The notes below the pieces were generated by a model, which saw only the letters and a program-made list of their open reading frames with translations, searched no databases and was not told the origin of the DNA. Shown in pieces: positions 10,555-20,072 of a stretch of 32,000 bases of DNA. How positions within the stretch are numbered: the first letter of the stretch is position 1; every line of letters begins with the position of its first letter. Origin of the DNA: Candidatus Moranella endobia PCIT (lineage in GTDB: Bacteria > Pseudomonadota > Gammaproteobacteria > Enterobacterales > Enterobacteriaceae); NCBI RefSeq assembly GCF_000219175.1, contig NC_015735.1, positions 450,001 through 482,000 of the forward strand. Reading direction: 5' to 3'. The translations under genes were made by a program, and so were the position numbers.

Positions 10555-11070
10555 ATGGCTTATATAAGCATTGTTTTTGGTAGTGACACTGGTAATACCG
10601 AGAATATTGCCAAGATGCTCCAACAAAAACTCGGTACCGAGGTCGCTGATTTATTTGACATTGCTAACAGTAGCGAAAAAGATTTAGAACAGTACGATAG
10701 GTTGTTACTAGGTATTCCTACTTGGTATTACGGCGAAGCCCAGTGCGACTGGGATGATTTTTTTCCCCGGTTAGAAAACATTGATTTCAGCAGTAAGATG
10801 GTTGCTATTTTCGGTTGCGGAGATCAGGAAGATTATGCTGAGTATTTCTGCGATGCTATGGGTACATTACGGGATATAATTGAACCAAAAGGCGCTACCA
10901 TGGTCGGCCATTGGCCAACTTCTGGTTATCATTTTCATGCTTCAAAAGGTATGGTCGACGACGCTCACTTTATCGGTTTGGCCATTGATGAGGACCGGCA
11001 GCCAGAGCTAACTAGCGAGCGCGTAGATAACTGGATCAACCAAGTTCGTGTAGAAATGAATCTTAGTTAA
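10555..11070 (+). CDS. fldA: Flavodoxin 1 FldA
   Basis: The ATG at 10555 gives MAYISIVFGSDTGNTENIAKM, compared with E. coli MAITGIFFGSDTGNTENIAKM. AAGAGG lies about 11 nt upstream. GIPTWYYGEAQCDWDDFF is conserved. The ORF-track start at 10546 is a TTG three codons upstream. Confidence 0.9.
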   Translation: MAYISIVFGSDTGNTENIAKMLQQKLGTEVADLFDIANSSEKDLEQYDRLLLGIPTWYYGEAQCDWDDFFPRLENIDFSSKMVAIFGCGDQEDYAEYFCDAMGTLRDIIEPKGATMVGHWPTSGYHFHASKGMVDDAHFIGLAIDEDRQPELTSERVDNWINQVRVEMNLS

Positions 11071-11231
11071 CGCTTGACCGACATACGGCCTCATAGCTCA
11101 GTCGCGCTACTTGGTATAATATCATACCATACATAGGTGGTCAGTAGCACTGTTATATGCTGTCTTGTTCACTACCATAGTAGCAACCACAGAAAATTTG
11201 TGTAATGCGCACCAATCAATATCAAGTGACC

Positions 11232-11755
11232 ATGAAAGACAACATATACATCAAAGAAGTCGCACCTTAGCGATAATTTCGCACCCTGACGCCGGTAAAA
11301 CGACAATCAATGCTGTTATTAGGCCAGGAGATTCAACCATCCGGTGCCGTTAATAGCAGCCGCTTCTATCGCCAACATAATCCATCCGACTGGATGGCCA
11401 TGGAACAACAACGTTGTATTTCTATGTGTATTTATATTACCACCTCTGTGATGCAATTTACTTACCACCAGACGCTGATTTATCTGTTAGATACGCCGAG
11501 ACATGAAGATTTCTCCGAAGATACTTCTCGCAGACTGCTGTTTGATGGTGATTGATGCCGCAAAATGGGTTGAAGATCGTACCAGTAAGCTAGCGCAACA
11601 ATTCGCTTCATCTGGCTATCGATGGCGTTGATAACATATCTTATATCGCGACAAGCATGGTCAAGTTGAAGTTTAATCAGGAACGCTACACATATTCATT
11701 ATATTCATTTACGTCACACAGGAGAAAATTAATGGTAACTATGAGCAGCGCCTAG
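11232..11755 (+). pseudogene. prfC: Peptide chain release factor 3 (prfC) pseudogene with multiple frameshifts and a large internal deletion
   Basis: Pieces lie in at least four frames. MKDNIYIKEVAP* corresponds to E. coli [28 protein letters not shown] is the G1 motif. [28 protein letters not shown]...[15 protein letters not shown] is G3 with Gly changed to Arg. [16 protein letters not shown] follows. The sequence then jumps directly to NNSLHLAIDGVDNISYIATSMVKLKFNQERY, which is the extreme C-terminus of RF3. About 355 codons are missing at roughly 11590-11600. Confidence 0.88.
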
Positions 11756-11954
11756 CCTGGTGGCGTAAGCTGCTTGTACCTACAACAGCAAACTAGGAAG
11801 GTTTCAGCAACTAAGCAACATTTTTCCATCTCACGATCTACAAAAATCATCGGACAAACCGTAAACCAGCGAAGCTGAACACTATGTCCACTATGTTGAA
11901 CACGATGTACTACACTATGTCGCTGCTATCATTATACATATTATAATTGATGCT

Positions 11955-14900
11955 TTATTTTTTTTTGCGTTTTGTTGGCTCACAGTGCGCTATATTAAAC
12001 ATAACAGGTGGTAGCAAATATCGTTCAGCTGCCAATATCATCGCTTCAATATGTTTTGCCTCCAGCTGACGAATCAACAGCTGGAGGTAAGGATCAGTGC
12101 CTTCTCCGGGAACATGGTAATTTCCCTGCCAAGCCTGGATTAGTTTATTCCGGGCTTGAAACTGCCTGCGCTCGTTGCGGTCGATGCTTTTGGTCATTGC
12201 ATCGTAACTGTTACTTAGCCATGCTCCTCCTGAGCGGGGTAAAAGCAGCAGCGGAGACGACATCCCCTGACAGTAACCAGTAACCATCACCAGCAAAAAT
12301 GTTTTCGCTTGACAGATGTTCATAGGTGCGAACCGCCACTCGCCGTGCACACCAAACATCCGGCTTTCACCTTCGCCGCCCATGGCGCAGTAAGCTAAGT
12401 GTTCTAACCATAGCAGCAGACCATCCCTGGTAGACAACGTGCCTGGACGCCAGCGAAGCAAGCCATTAACTTGTACCCGCTGTAACCAGCCGGATAGCTT
12501 TATATCGTTCACGGTCAGAGAAACTTGGAATCTTGGCGTTTCTGGCAATCGCCATGGCCGCACCTTTTCAGATAGTACCATCATCTCCTGGTACTGCTTT
12601 GCCAAATACAGCTCGCCGAACGCGCCATCTGGCAATAGACCTGCGGCGCGCCACTGGTGGAATAACTGGGCGATATTTTCACCGTTAATAAGAGCATTTA
12701 CCAGCTGATCATTGAGTTGATAACGGGTAAAACCGTTGAGATTAAACGGTTCATTAGTCTTCTGTTCAAGCGACTTATAGTGAACAACAGAGAGTGCCAA
12801 GCGCTGCACAAACCAGGCGCGAACCGGGTGGTGATAAAAGCGTAGCAGTTCATCTAGGGCCAGCGTGTAGTATGGCTGCGCTTTCAATGGCGCAATAAAA
12901 TCTGGAATAGGCTTGCCCTTAGCACTAGCAGCCGGCAGCCACTCTTTTGCAAAACTTTGGTGTTCGCTGCCTGGCAGAAAATTTTCCGGCGCGAAAGGCA
13001 TGCGACTATGCCACTGCAACAGATGCGAGCGTACACGTTTAGCTCTATTTTCAGCATCTACGTACTCATCACCAAGTAGATAAAAACTGTGGGCGATATA
13101 ATCAATCAGCTCACTAACCAGTACTGAAGGATAGCGCGGGGTATTGTCCTGAATATCACGGCCGATAAAACTAATATACAGCCGCTGCTGTGCAGAAAAT
13201 AGCGCCTCTAGAAACATATAACGGTCATCATCTCGTTGGCAGCGATCGCCGCTTCGTGGCTGCTGCGCCATCAGATTGAACCAAGCCGGCTGAATTGAGC
13301 GCGGGTAGACGCTGTCGTTCATGCCTAGTATGCATATTACCCGGAAAGCAAGAGAACGCATCGGCATCATAGTACAGAAGTTAATAGTTCCCGTCAGAAA
13401 TTGTTGGCTTAACTGTTCCTGATCCAACCGTGCGGCAAGCTCATACTGCAGTATTGTCACCGGCACCGGTTGGTTATATCCAACCTGCAAGCAGCATTTC
13501 AGTACCTGCTGGCATTGATTTGCCAGCAGCGCTAGCGCCGCTTCTGCATCAGCGTCTGGCATGAAGAAATCATTGATTATTTCGCATATGTAATTGATCC
13601 AGGCGGCAATGGATCTGGGCTGGGCCAGCAGGTCGCGCCACTTGCGTAGCTGCATCAACAGCTCAGCCAGTTGGCGAATATGCTGGCCAGTAGCGTACAT
13701 CAGCTCGCTGAGTAAAGTTTCATCCAGTCCCCAACAAATACCTGATTCCTCCATATACTGGCGCAATAGCCGAAGTCCCGGCTCGTTAATCGCAAAGCGT
13801 GCTGCTAGCGCTGGGACTTCCAGCAACGCTAGTACCTGGTTGGCGTCAACGTGTTTACATGGTAATTCTAGTATACTGAAAAAAGCTGACAGCACAGGAT
13901 GAATATGCCGCACCCTCCTGTCAGAAATAGCGAACGGCAGATAGCGCTGCTTGTTGCCGTCATTGCCGAACACAGCCTGGATCGCTGGTGTATAACGTTC
14001 AATATCGGCAACCATTACAATTATTTCGCGGGGGCGCAGTGTCTGGTCTTCCACCATCATCGCCAATAGGCTGTCGTGCAGAACTTCCACCTCCCTCTGC
14101 GTGCTATGGCAGACATGCAAGCTCAGTGAGCGATCATCTAACCGTAGTGGCCGCTGGTCGTTGCCCTGAGTAAGCGGCTGACCGACAAGACTACTACTAA
14201 TAACCGTGTGATTTTCAAGCTCTAGAATATCTCTCTGCAGCAGACTCAATAAAGTATTGCCCGCTGGCTCAACAAACGCATCCACCTCTGCAATACCTTC
14301 CATCTGCGCTAACAGATAAATATGATCGCGTCCCTGCTTGCCCCAGGCTGCCAGCAGCGGATTACCTATGTGCTGCTGTTCTCCAATAGTGTTAAATAGT
14401 GATTCTGCTTGTGCTGGGCGCCTAAATAGTGCTTGCTCTTTCTTCGGTTGTGGATATTGCCAGCGGTGGCGGTGTAACAGACGCCTGAGAACAGCGTGAT
14501 CAAGAATATCCCCCCAATAATAGCGGCAGGGATTGGTGAACAACAGATGAATGTCGATATGCTTTCCTAATGCTTGAAAAACTTTTAGGTAGGTAGGTGG
14601 CAGCGAAGAAATGCCGCAGATAAATACTCTATCTGGCAATCCTGGCGGCCGCATCGTACTGTGCACCAAAGTATGGATAAAACGCTTATAAAGATTGGCG
14701 TAATGCCAAAGAGGTTTACCGGCTTGTGCTGTATCATCTATCAATACCCGCCACACAGATGCTTGCCAGCGTTGTGTCTTTTCATGCACGTTAGCAATTA
14801 ATTTGCCACGTTGCCAATTTTCCAGCCAGTCAGGGCGGTATACCATATACTGTTCGAACAACTCAGCCAACCTGGTGGCGAACTGAAAACATTTACGATG

Positions 14901-15260
14901 ATCATGGTCATCACGCAAATATTCGCTTATTACCTCACAATCTGGCTGCTGGCACAGACGTGGCAGCAGCGCCATAAGTCTCCAGGTAATGTTAGATTTG
15001 GCCAATGCGCTTTCTTCAGGAATATTTGGTAGGATGCGAGTAAACATCTGCCAAATGAAGCTCGCCGGCCGTGGAAATTCCAGGTTAGCAGCAATACCGA
15101 AATTTGCCGCCAATTCCAACTGTATCCACTGTGCAATACCGTTGCTTTGCACAATAATTACTTCTGGTTGGAAAGGATCGCGCAGCGGCCGGCCAGTGAT
15201 AAGCGCCGCGGTAATGGTCTTAAGCATATCTAACTGATTAGAATGATAAACGGTTAACAT
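11955..15260 (-). CDS. recC: Exodeoxyribonuclease V gamma subunit RecC (full-length ORF)
   Basis: The ATG at 15260 gives MLTVYHSNQLDML, compared with E. coli MLRVYHSNRLDVL (1101 aa against 1122). There is collinear similarity along the whole length, for example FTNPCRYYWGDI, LHVCHS.QREVEVLHD, ILGMNDSVYPR, RDDDRYMFLEALFSAQQRLYISFIGR and LLRWRP. No recB, recD or ptrA lies adjacent. Confidence 0.85.
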   Translation of the reverse strand: MLTVYHSNQLDMLKTITAALITGRPLRDPFQPEVIIVQSNGIAQWIQLELAANFGIAANLEFPRPASFIWQMFTRILPNIPEESALAKSNITWRLMALLPRLCQQPDCEVISEYLRDDHDHRKCFQFATRLAELFEQYMVYRPDWLENWQRGKLIANVHEKTQRWQASVWRVLIDDTAQAGKPLWHYANLYKRFIHTLVHSTMRPPGLPDRVFICGISSLPPTYLKVFQALGKHIDIHLLFTNPCRYYWGDILDHAVLRRLLHRHRWQYPQPKKEQALFRRPAQAESLFNTIGEQQHIGNPLLAAWGKQGRDHIYLLAQMEGIAEVDAFVEPAGNTLLSLLQRDILELENHTVISSSLVGQPLTQGNDQRPLRLDDRSLSLHVCHSTQREVEVLHDSLLAMMVEDQTLRPREIIVMVADIERYTPAIQAVFGNDGNKQRYLPFAISDRRVRHIHPVLSAFFSILELPCKHVDANQVLALLEVPALAARFAINEPGLRLLRQYMEESGICWGLDETLLSELMYATGQHIRQLAELLMQLRKWRDLLAQPRSIAAWINYICEIINDFFMPDADAEAALALLANQCQQVLKCCLQVGYNQPVPVTILQYELAARLDQEQLSQQFLTGTINFCTMMPMRSLAFRVICILGMNDSVYPRSIQPAWFNLMAQQPRSGDRCQRDDDRYMFLEALFSAQQRLYISFIGRDIQDNTPRYPSVLVSELIDYIAHSFYLLGDEYVDAENRAKRVRSHLLQWHSRMPFAPENFLPGSEHQSFAKEWLPAASAKGKPIPDFIAPLKAQPYYTLALDELLRFYHHPVRAWFVQRLALSVVHYKSLEQKTNEPFNLNGFTRYQLNDQLVNALINGENIAQLFHQWRAAGLLPDGAFGELYLAKQYQEMMVLSEKVRPWRLPETPRFQVSLTVNDIKLSGWLQRVQVNGLLRWRPGTLSTRDGLLLWLEHLAYCAMGGEGESRMFGVHGEWRFAPMNICQAKTFLLVMVTGYCQGMSSPLLLLPRSGGAWLSNSYDAMTKSIDRNERRQFQARNKLIQAWQGNYHVPGEGTDPYLQLLIRQLEAKHIEAMILAAERYLLPPVMFNIAHCEPTKRKKK

Positions 15261-15295
15261 AATGCACAACTTATTGCTAATTGCCAGATTATTGA

Positions 15296-16410
15296 TACAA
15301 CCGCACTACCAGCTGCGACCTAAACTTAGATAGACCACCGCTTGGTGTAGGCTGGTCGGCGTATTCATGCATTTGACGTGTACGTATCTGTATTTCCAGG
15401 GTTTTACTGCGTGGGCCCAATACCACGGTATGAATTAACTGATAGCCGTTTGGTTTTGGTTTGGCGACGTAGTCGTCGAACTTTTACGGCAAATAGTAAA
15501 AATTCTTATGCACAATGTTGAGTATAGCATAGCAGTCCTGCAGACGCTGCACTATTACCCGCACCGCGGGTACGTCGAATAGCTAGTTGAATGTTAGCAG
15601 CGCCTTGTTCTGCATTTTGCGCCATATACTTATTTATACTATATATGTGTTTCGGCCGACCGTAGATATCGGCCTTCAGCCCTTCTTCCTGCACAGCATC
15701 AAGTAATGAAGCGACGATCCATACGCCTATTATGTAATAATGTCTTCATCAGGAGGCAGGTAGCGGAAAAAGAACTCCTCCAGCTCCCACTTAATATGGC
15801 CTATGCCGAGGCGGTTAGCGAGCGGGGAATAAATATTGGTGCTTTCTTGTGCAGCTAGCACTTGCTCTTCTGCCGGCGCATCCTTCAACTCGCGCAAATA
15901 ATCGATACTCTCAGCTAGTTTTATGACCATTCAGCAAATCATCGATGATCGCCAGCAATACTTTTGATGCCATCATCAGTCAATATTGGGGCGGCCTATA
16001 AGGCACTATGATTGATGCCTGGGCCATTCTGGCAGTGTCGGTATCGGTGGCGTACTGGACTGTAGACTCACTCACCAGACCATCATCGAGGACAACTGTT
16101 TTAGCGGCGCAAGTTACGACATCGTTATCTTCGATCGTTAAAACGGTCAAGTAGTGCATTACGGCGCCTGGTTTATAGCCGCACGTTGATTGTAAAAGGA
16201 GATGCATAATACTTGTAGTACAGTTGGTATCAATGAATTATTACGCACTATCGACTATGACTAATACAGCGCTAGCAAATCCGGTCATGATTCAGTCACA
16301 TAGCTAATGGAACTTAACCTGCCCACATCCATACACCTAGCAGAGCAGCTGCTCAGAGCAGAATGATGGTCGCTATATCTGTTTGATTGGCGCAGGTTGT
16401 TCCGCAGCAG
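15296..16410 (-). pseudogene. relA: GTP pyrophosphokinase (relA) pseudogene: N-terminal half only, frameshifted, 3' half deleted
   Basis: Several - strand fragments match RelA. SKVLLAIIDDLL then (shift) [57 protein letters not shown] corresponds to E. coli [76 protein letters not shown] corresponds to [55 protein letters not shown] corresponds to [39 protein letters not shown]. Nothing matches RelA residues beyond about 350. The end coordinates are approximate. Confidence 0.85.
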
Positions 16411-16436
16411 CGTCTATTCCTTTTCACAGCCCAAGC

Positions 16437-16464
16437 TTGCTTCCTATACAGATTTACGTATAAT
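16437..16464 (+). promoter_or_regulatory. Candidate sigma-70 promoter of the S10 operon
   Basis: TTGCTT (16437-16442), a 16-nt spacer, then a perfect TATAAT (16459-16464), about 200 nt upstream of rpsJ. This is consistent with a long S10 leader. Confidence 0.5.
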
Positions 16465-16973
<509 letters not shown>

Positions 16974-17010
16974 TCAGGTCGTTGAAAGAAAAGATGGAGA
17001 GGTTGAAACA

Positions 17011-17640
17011 ATGAAGGGTTTAATAGGACGTAAAATGAGTATGACTCGCATCTTCAACAAAGATGGCGTTTCTATCCCCGTCACCGTTATTGAAATACAA
17101 GTCAATCGTGTGACTCAAATTAAAGAACTGGAACACGACGGATACCGTGCAATCCAGGTTACGGTTGGAACCAAAAAAAGCAATCGCTTAACCAAAGCGG
17201 AAGCAGGTCATTTTGCTAAGGCTGGCGTTGAAGCTGGCCGAGGCCTGTGGGAATTTCGCGTCCAAGACGATGATCAAGTGAAAGTTGGCCAACTTATCAC
17301 TGTGGCCATTTTTGCTAATGTAAAAAAAGTAGATGTTACTGGTACATCTAAGGGTAAAGGCTTTACCGGCACTGTAAAGCGCTGGAACTTCCGTACACAG
17401 GATGCTACCCACGGTAACTCTTTGTCCCACCGCGTTCCCGGTTCTATCGGTCAGAACCAGACTCCAGGTAAGGTATTCAAGGGTAAAAAAATAGCAGGCC
17501 AGCTAGGCAACGAACGCATAACTGTTCAGGGTCTGGACGTAGTTCGTATTGACGTAGAACGCAACCTACTGTTGGTTAAAGGCGCCGTACCGGGAGCCAC
17601 TGGTGGTGACCTGATAGTTAAACCGGCTGTTAAGGCGTAA
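17011..17640 (+). CDS. rplC: 50S ribosomal protein L3
   Basis: 209 aa with [50 protein letters not shown]. Second gene of the S10 operon. Confidence 0.98.
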   Translation: MKGLIGRKMSMTRIFNKDGVSIPVTVIEIQVNRVTQIKELEHDGYRAIQVTVGTKKSNRLTKAEAGHFAKAGVEAGRGLWEFRVQDDDQVKVGQLITVAIFANVKKVDVTGTSKGKGFTGTVKRWNFRTQDATHGNSLSHRVPGSIGQNQTPGKVFKGKKIAGQLGNERITVQGLDVVRIDVERNLLLVKGAVPGATGGDLIVKPAVKA

Positions 17641-17658
17641 CGTCGAGGAGATAGTATA

Positions 17659-18264
17659 ATGGAATTGGTATTGAAAGACGCGCAAAACGCGCTGACTGTT
17701 TCCGACACTACCTTCGGGCGTGACTTCAATGAAGCACTGGTTAACCAAGTGGTGGTGGCTTACACAGCTGGTGCTCGTCAGGGGACCCGTGGTCAGAAAA
17801 ATCGTGCCGAGGTTACTGGTTCAGGTAAAAAACCATGGCGTCAGAAAGGTACCGGTCGTGCACGTTCCGGTAGCGTTCAGAGCCCTATTTGGCGTTCTGG
17901 TAGCGTCACTTTTGCCGCAAAAACGCAAGATCATAGCCAGAAAGTAAATAAGAAGATGTACCGTGGAGCGCTGAAAAGCATTCTATCTGAACTGGTACGT
18001 CAGGATCGTTTAATCGTTGTTGAACAATTCTCGATCGAAGCGCCGAAAACAAAACTGCTAGTACAGAAACTGCAAGAGATGGCGTTAGAAGATGTACTGA
18101 TTATTACTCGCAAACAGGACAAAAATTTGTTCCTAGCTGCACGTAATATATACAAAGTAGAGTTATGCTACGCCCAAGGTATCGACCCGGTTAGTTTGAT
18201 CACCTTCGATAAAGTAGTTATAACAGTTGATGCTGTTAAGCAAGTTGAGGAGATGCTGGCATGA
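17659..18264 (+). CDS. rplD: 50S ribosomal protein L4
   Basis: 201 aa, [28 protein letters not shown], ending [10 protein letters not shown] as in E. coli L4. Confidence 0.98.
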   Translation: MELVLKDAQNALTVSDTTFGRDFNEALVNQVVVAYTAGARQGTRGQKNRAEVTGSGKKPWRQKGTGRARSGSVQSPIWRSGSVTFAAKTQDHSQKVNKKMYRGALKSILSELVRQDRLIVVEQFSIEAPKTKLLVQKLQEMALEDVLIITRKQDKNLFLAARNIYKVELCYAQGIDPVSLITFDKVVITVDAVKQVEEMLA

Positions 18265-18599
18265 TTAGTGAAGAACGTCTACTTAAAGTATTGTGCGCGC
18301 CGCATGTTTCTGAAAAATCATCTCCAGCGATGGGCAAACACAACACCATAGTCATAAAAGTATTAAAAGATGCGACTAAAAAAACCATCAAAACCGCTGT
18401 AAATAAATTATTTGGAATCGAAGTTAATAACGTACGTACCCTAGTGGTCAAAGGGAAAACCAAACGTCAAGGAAAGCTTATCGGTTGTCGTAGCGATTGG
18501 AAAAAAGCCTACATCACCCTCAAAGCAGGAGAGAAATTGGATTTTATTGGCGGCAGCGCAGAGATAAGTCGTAGGAGTAAGAACCATGGCAATGGTTAA
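18261..18599 (+). CDS. rplW: 50S ribosomal protein L23 with a displaced stop (C-terminal extension reading into rplB)
   Basis: 112 aa compared with 100 aa in E. coli. The match runs through ...[10 protein letters not shown], then [11 protein letters not shown] follows. A TAA sits one base out of frame at 18565-18567, where the canonical stop would be. The actual stop is at 18597-18599, which is 14 nt past the first base of the rplB ATG. Confidence 0.9.
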   Translation: MISEERLLKVLCAPHVSEKSSPAMGKHNTIVIKVLKDATKKTIKTAVNKLFGIEVNNVRTLVVKGKTKRQGKLIGCRSDWKKAYITLKAGEKLDFIGGSAEISRRSKNHGNG

Positions 18600-19407
18600 A
18601 TGTAAACCGACATCGCCTGGGAGGCGCCACGTTGTTAAAGTGGTCAACCCTGAGCTACATAAAGGTAAACCATATACTCCATTGCTGGAAAAACTCAGCA
18701 AATCCGGTGGACGTAACAACCATGGCCGCATTACTACGCGCCATATTGGCGGTGGTCACAAGCAACATTATCGAATACTGGATTTCAAACGGAATAAAGA
18801 TGGTATACCAGCATTAGTAGAACGTCTGGAGTATGATCCAAACCGTTCTGCCAACATAGCACTTGTATTATATACCGATGGTGAACGTCGTTATATTTTG
18901 GCACCGAAAGACCTTAAGGTCGGTGATCAGATTCAATCTGGTGTCGATGCTGCAATCAAAACAGGTAACGCTCTACCAATGATAAATATTCCTGTCGGTT
19001 CCATTGTGCATAACGTTGAAATGAAACCTGGGAAAGGCGGTCAGCTTGCACGGTCTGCCGGTTCTTATGTTCAGATCTTGGCTCGTGACTGTAGCTATGT
19101 CACGCTACGTCTGCATTCCGGTGAAATACGTAAAATTCAGTCTGAATGCCGTGCAACCATAGGCGAAGTAGGTAATGCAGAACACATGCTACGTGTACTT
19201 GGTAAGGCTGGTGCCAGCCGTTATCTTGGTATACGTATGACCGTTAGAGGTACTGCGATGAACCCGGTAGATCACCCGCACGGTGGTGGTGAAGGTCGTA
19301 ACTTTGGTAAGCATCCAGTATCGCTGTGGGGTCTGCAGACCAAAGGTAAAAAGACCCGCAGTAATAAGCGTACTGATCATTTCATTGTACGTCAACGTAG
19401 CAAATAA
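18586..19407 (+). CDS. rplB: 50S ribosomal protein L2
   Basis: 273 aa, [29 protein letters not shown], with [19 protein letters not shown]. Confidence 0.98.
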   Translation: MAMVKCKPTSPGRRHVVKVVNPELHKGKPYTPLLEKLSKSGGRNNHGRITTRHIGGGHKQHYRILDFKRNKDGIPALVERLEYDPNRSANIALVLYTDGERRYILAPKDLKVGDQIQSGVDAAIKTGNALPMINIPVGSIVHNVEMKPGKGGQLARSAGSYVQILARDCSYVTLRLHSGEIRKIQSECRATIGEVGNAEHMLRVLGKAGASRYLGIRMTVRGTAMNPVDHPHGGGEGRNFGKHPVSLWGLQTKGKKTRSNKRTDHFIVRQRSK

Positions 19408-19425
19408 TATTACATAGGATAACCC

Positions 19426-19713
19426 ATGCCACGTTCCCTCAAAAAAGGTCCATTTATTGACCGGCACTTACTGAAGAAGGTAGAGCAAGCAGCAGAAAGC
19501 GGTGACAAGAAACCGATTCGTACTTGGTCCCGTCGTTCAACGATCTTTCCAAAAATGATCGGTTTTACTATTGCTGTACATAATGGTCGTCAACACGTGC
19601 CAATTTTTGTCGCCGATGAAATGGTCGGCCATAAACTAGGTGAATTTGCACCGACTCGTAATTATCGCGGCCATGCGGCCGACAAAAGGTCTAAAAACGT
19701 TAATAGTAGGTAG
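19426..19713 (+). CDS. rpsS: 30S ribosomal protein S19
   Basis: 95 aa, [19 protein letters not shown]. The C-terminal tail differs from E. coli (92 aa). Confidence 0.97.
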   Translation: MPRSLKKGPFIDRHLLKKVEQAAESGDKKPIRTWSRRSTIFPKMIGFTIAVHNGRQHVPIFVADEMVGHKLGEFAPTRNYRGHAADKRSKNVNSR

Positions 19714-19722
19714 GAGGAAGAG

Positions 19723-20055
19723 ATGGAAACTATTGCTCAACAGCGCCACGCTTGTTCTTCTGCTCAAAAAGTTCGCCTGGTTGCTGACCTTATTCGTGGT
19801 AAAAAAGTGTCGCAAGCTTTAGAAATTCTCACCTATACCAACAAGAAAGCGGCAGGTTTAGTGAGGAAAGTAGTTGAGTCTGCTACTGCTAATGCTGAAC
19901 ACAACGATGGCGCAGATATAGATGATTTGAAAATAGCTAAGATTTTCATCGATGCAGGCACGAACATGAAGCGCATTATGCCACGTGCTAAGGGTCGTGC
20001 CGACCGTATCCTGAAGCGTACCAGCCATATTACTGTGGTTGTTTCTGATAGCTGA
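19723..20055 (+). CDS. rplV: 50S ribosomal protein L22
   Basis: 110 aa, [32 protein letters not shown], ending [11 protein letters not shown]. Confidence 0.98.
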   Translation: METIAQQRHACSSAQKVRLVADLIRGKKVSQALEILTYTNKKAAGLVRKVVESATANAEHNDGADIDDLKIAKIFIDAGTNMKRIMPRAKGRADRILKRTSHITVVVSDS

Positions 20056-20072
20056 TAATCTGGAGATTAGCA

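Noticed and set aside
11165-11555. Two ORF-track entries (62 aa and 81 aa) that could be read as small genes.
   Set aside because: They are consecutive frameshifted pieces of the RF3 GTPase domain (prfC pseudogene), not independent genes.
15506-16207. Three - strand ORFs of 62-75 aa.
   Set aside because: All three are fragments of the relA pseudogene. None has a plausible independent function.
19690-19713. The S19 C-terminal tail (..[11 protein letters not shown]) and the S13 tail (27804-21, ..IKKIIV after an A7 run) differ from E. coli by about 3 residues.
   Set aside because: Short, basic, variable C-termini are within normal orthologue variation. Unlike rplW, neither case involves an overlap with the downstream start codon or a clear frameshift signature.
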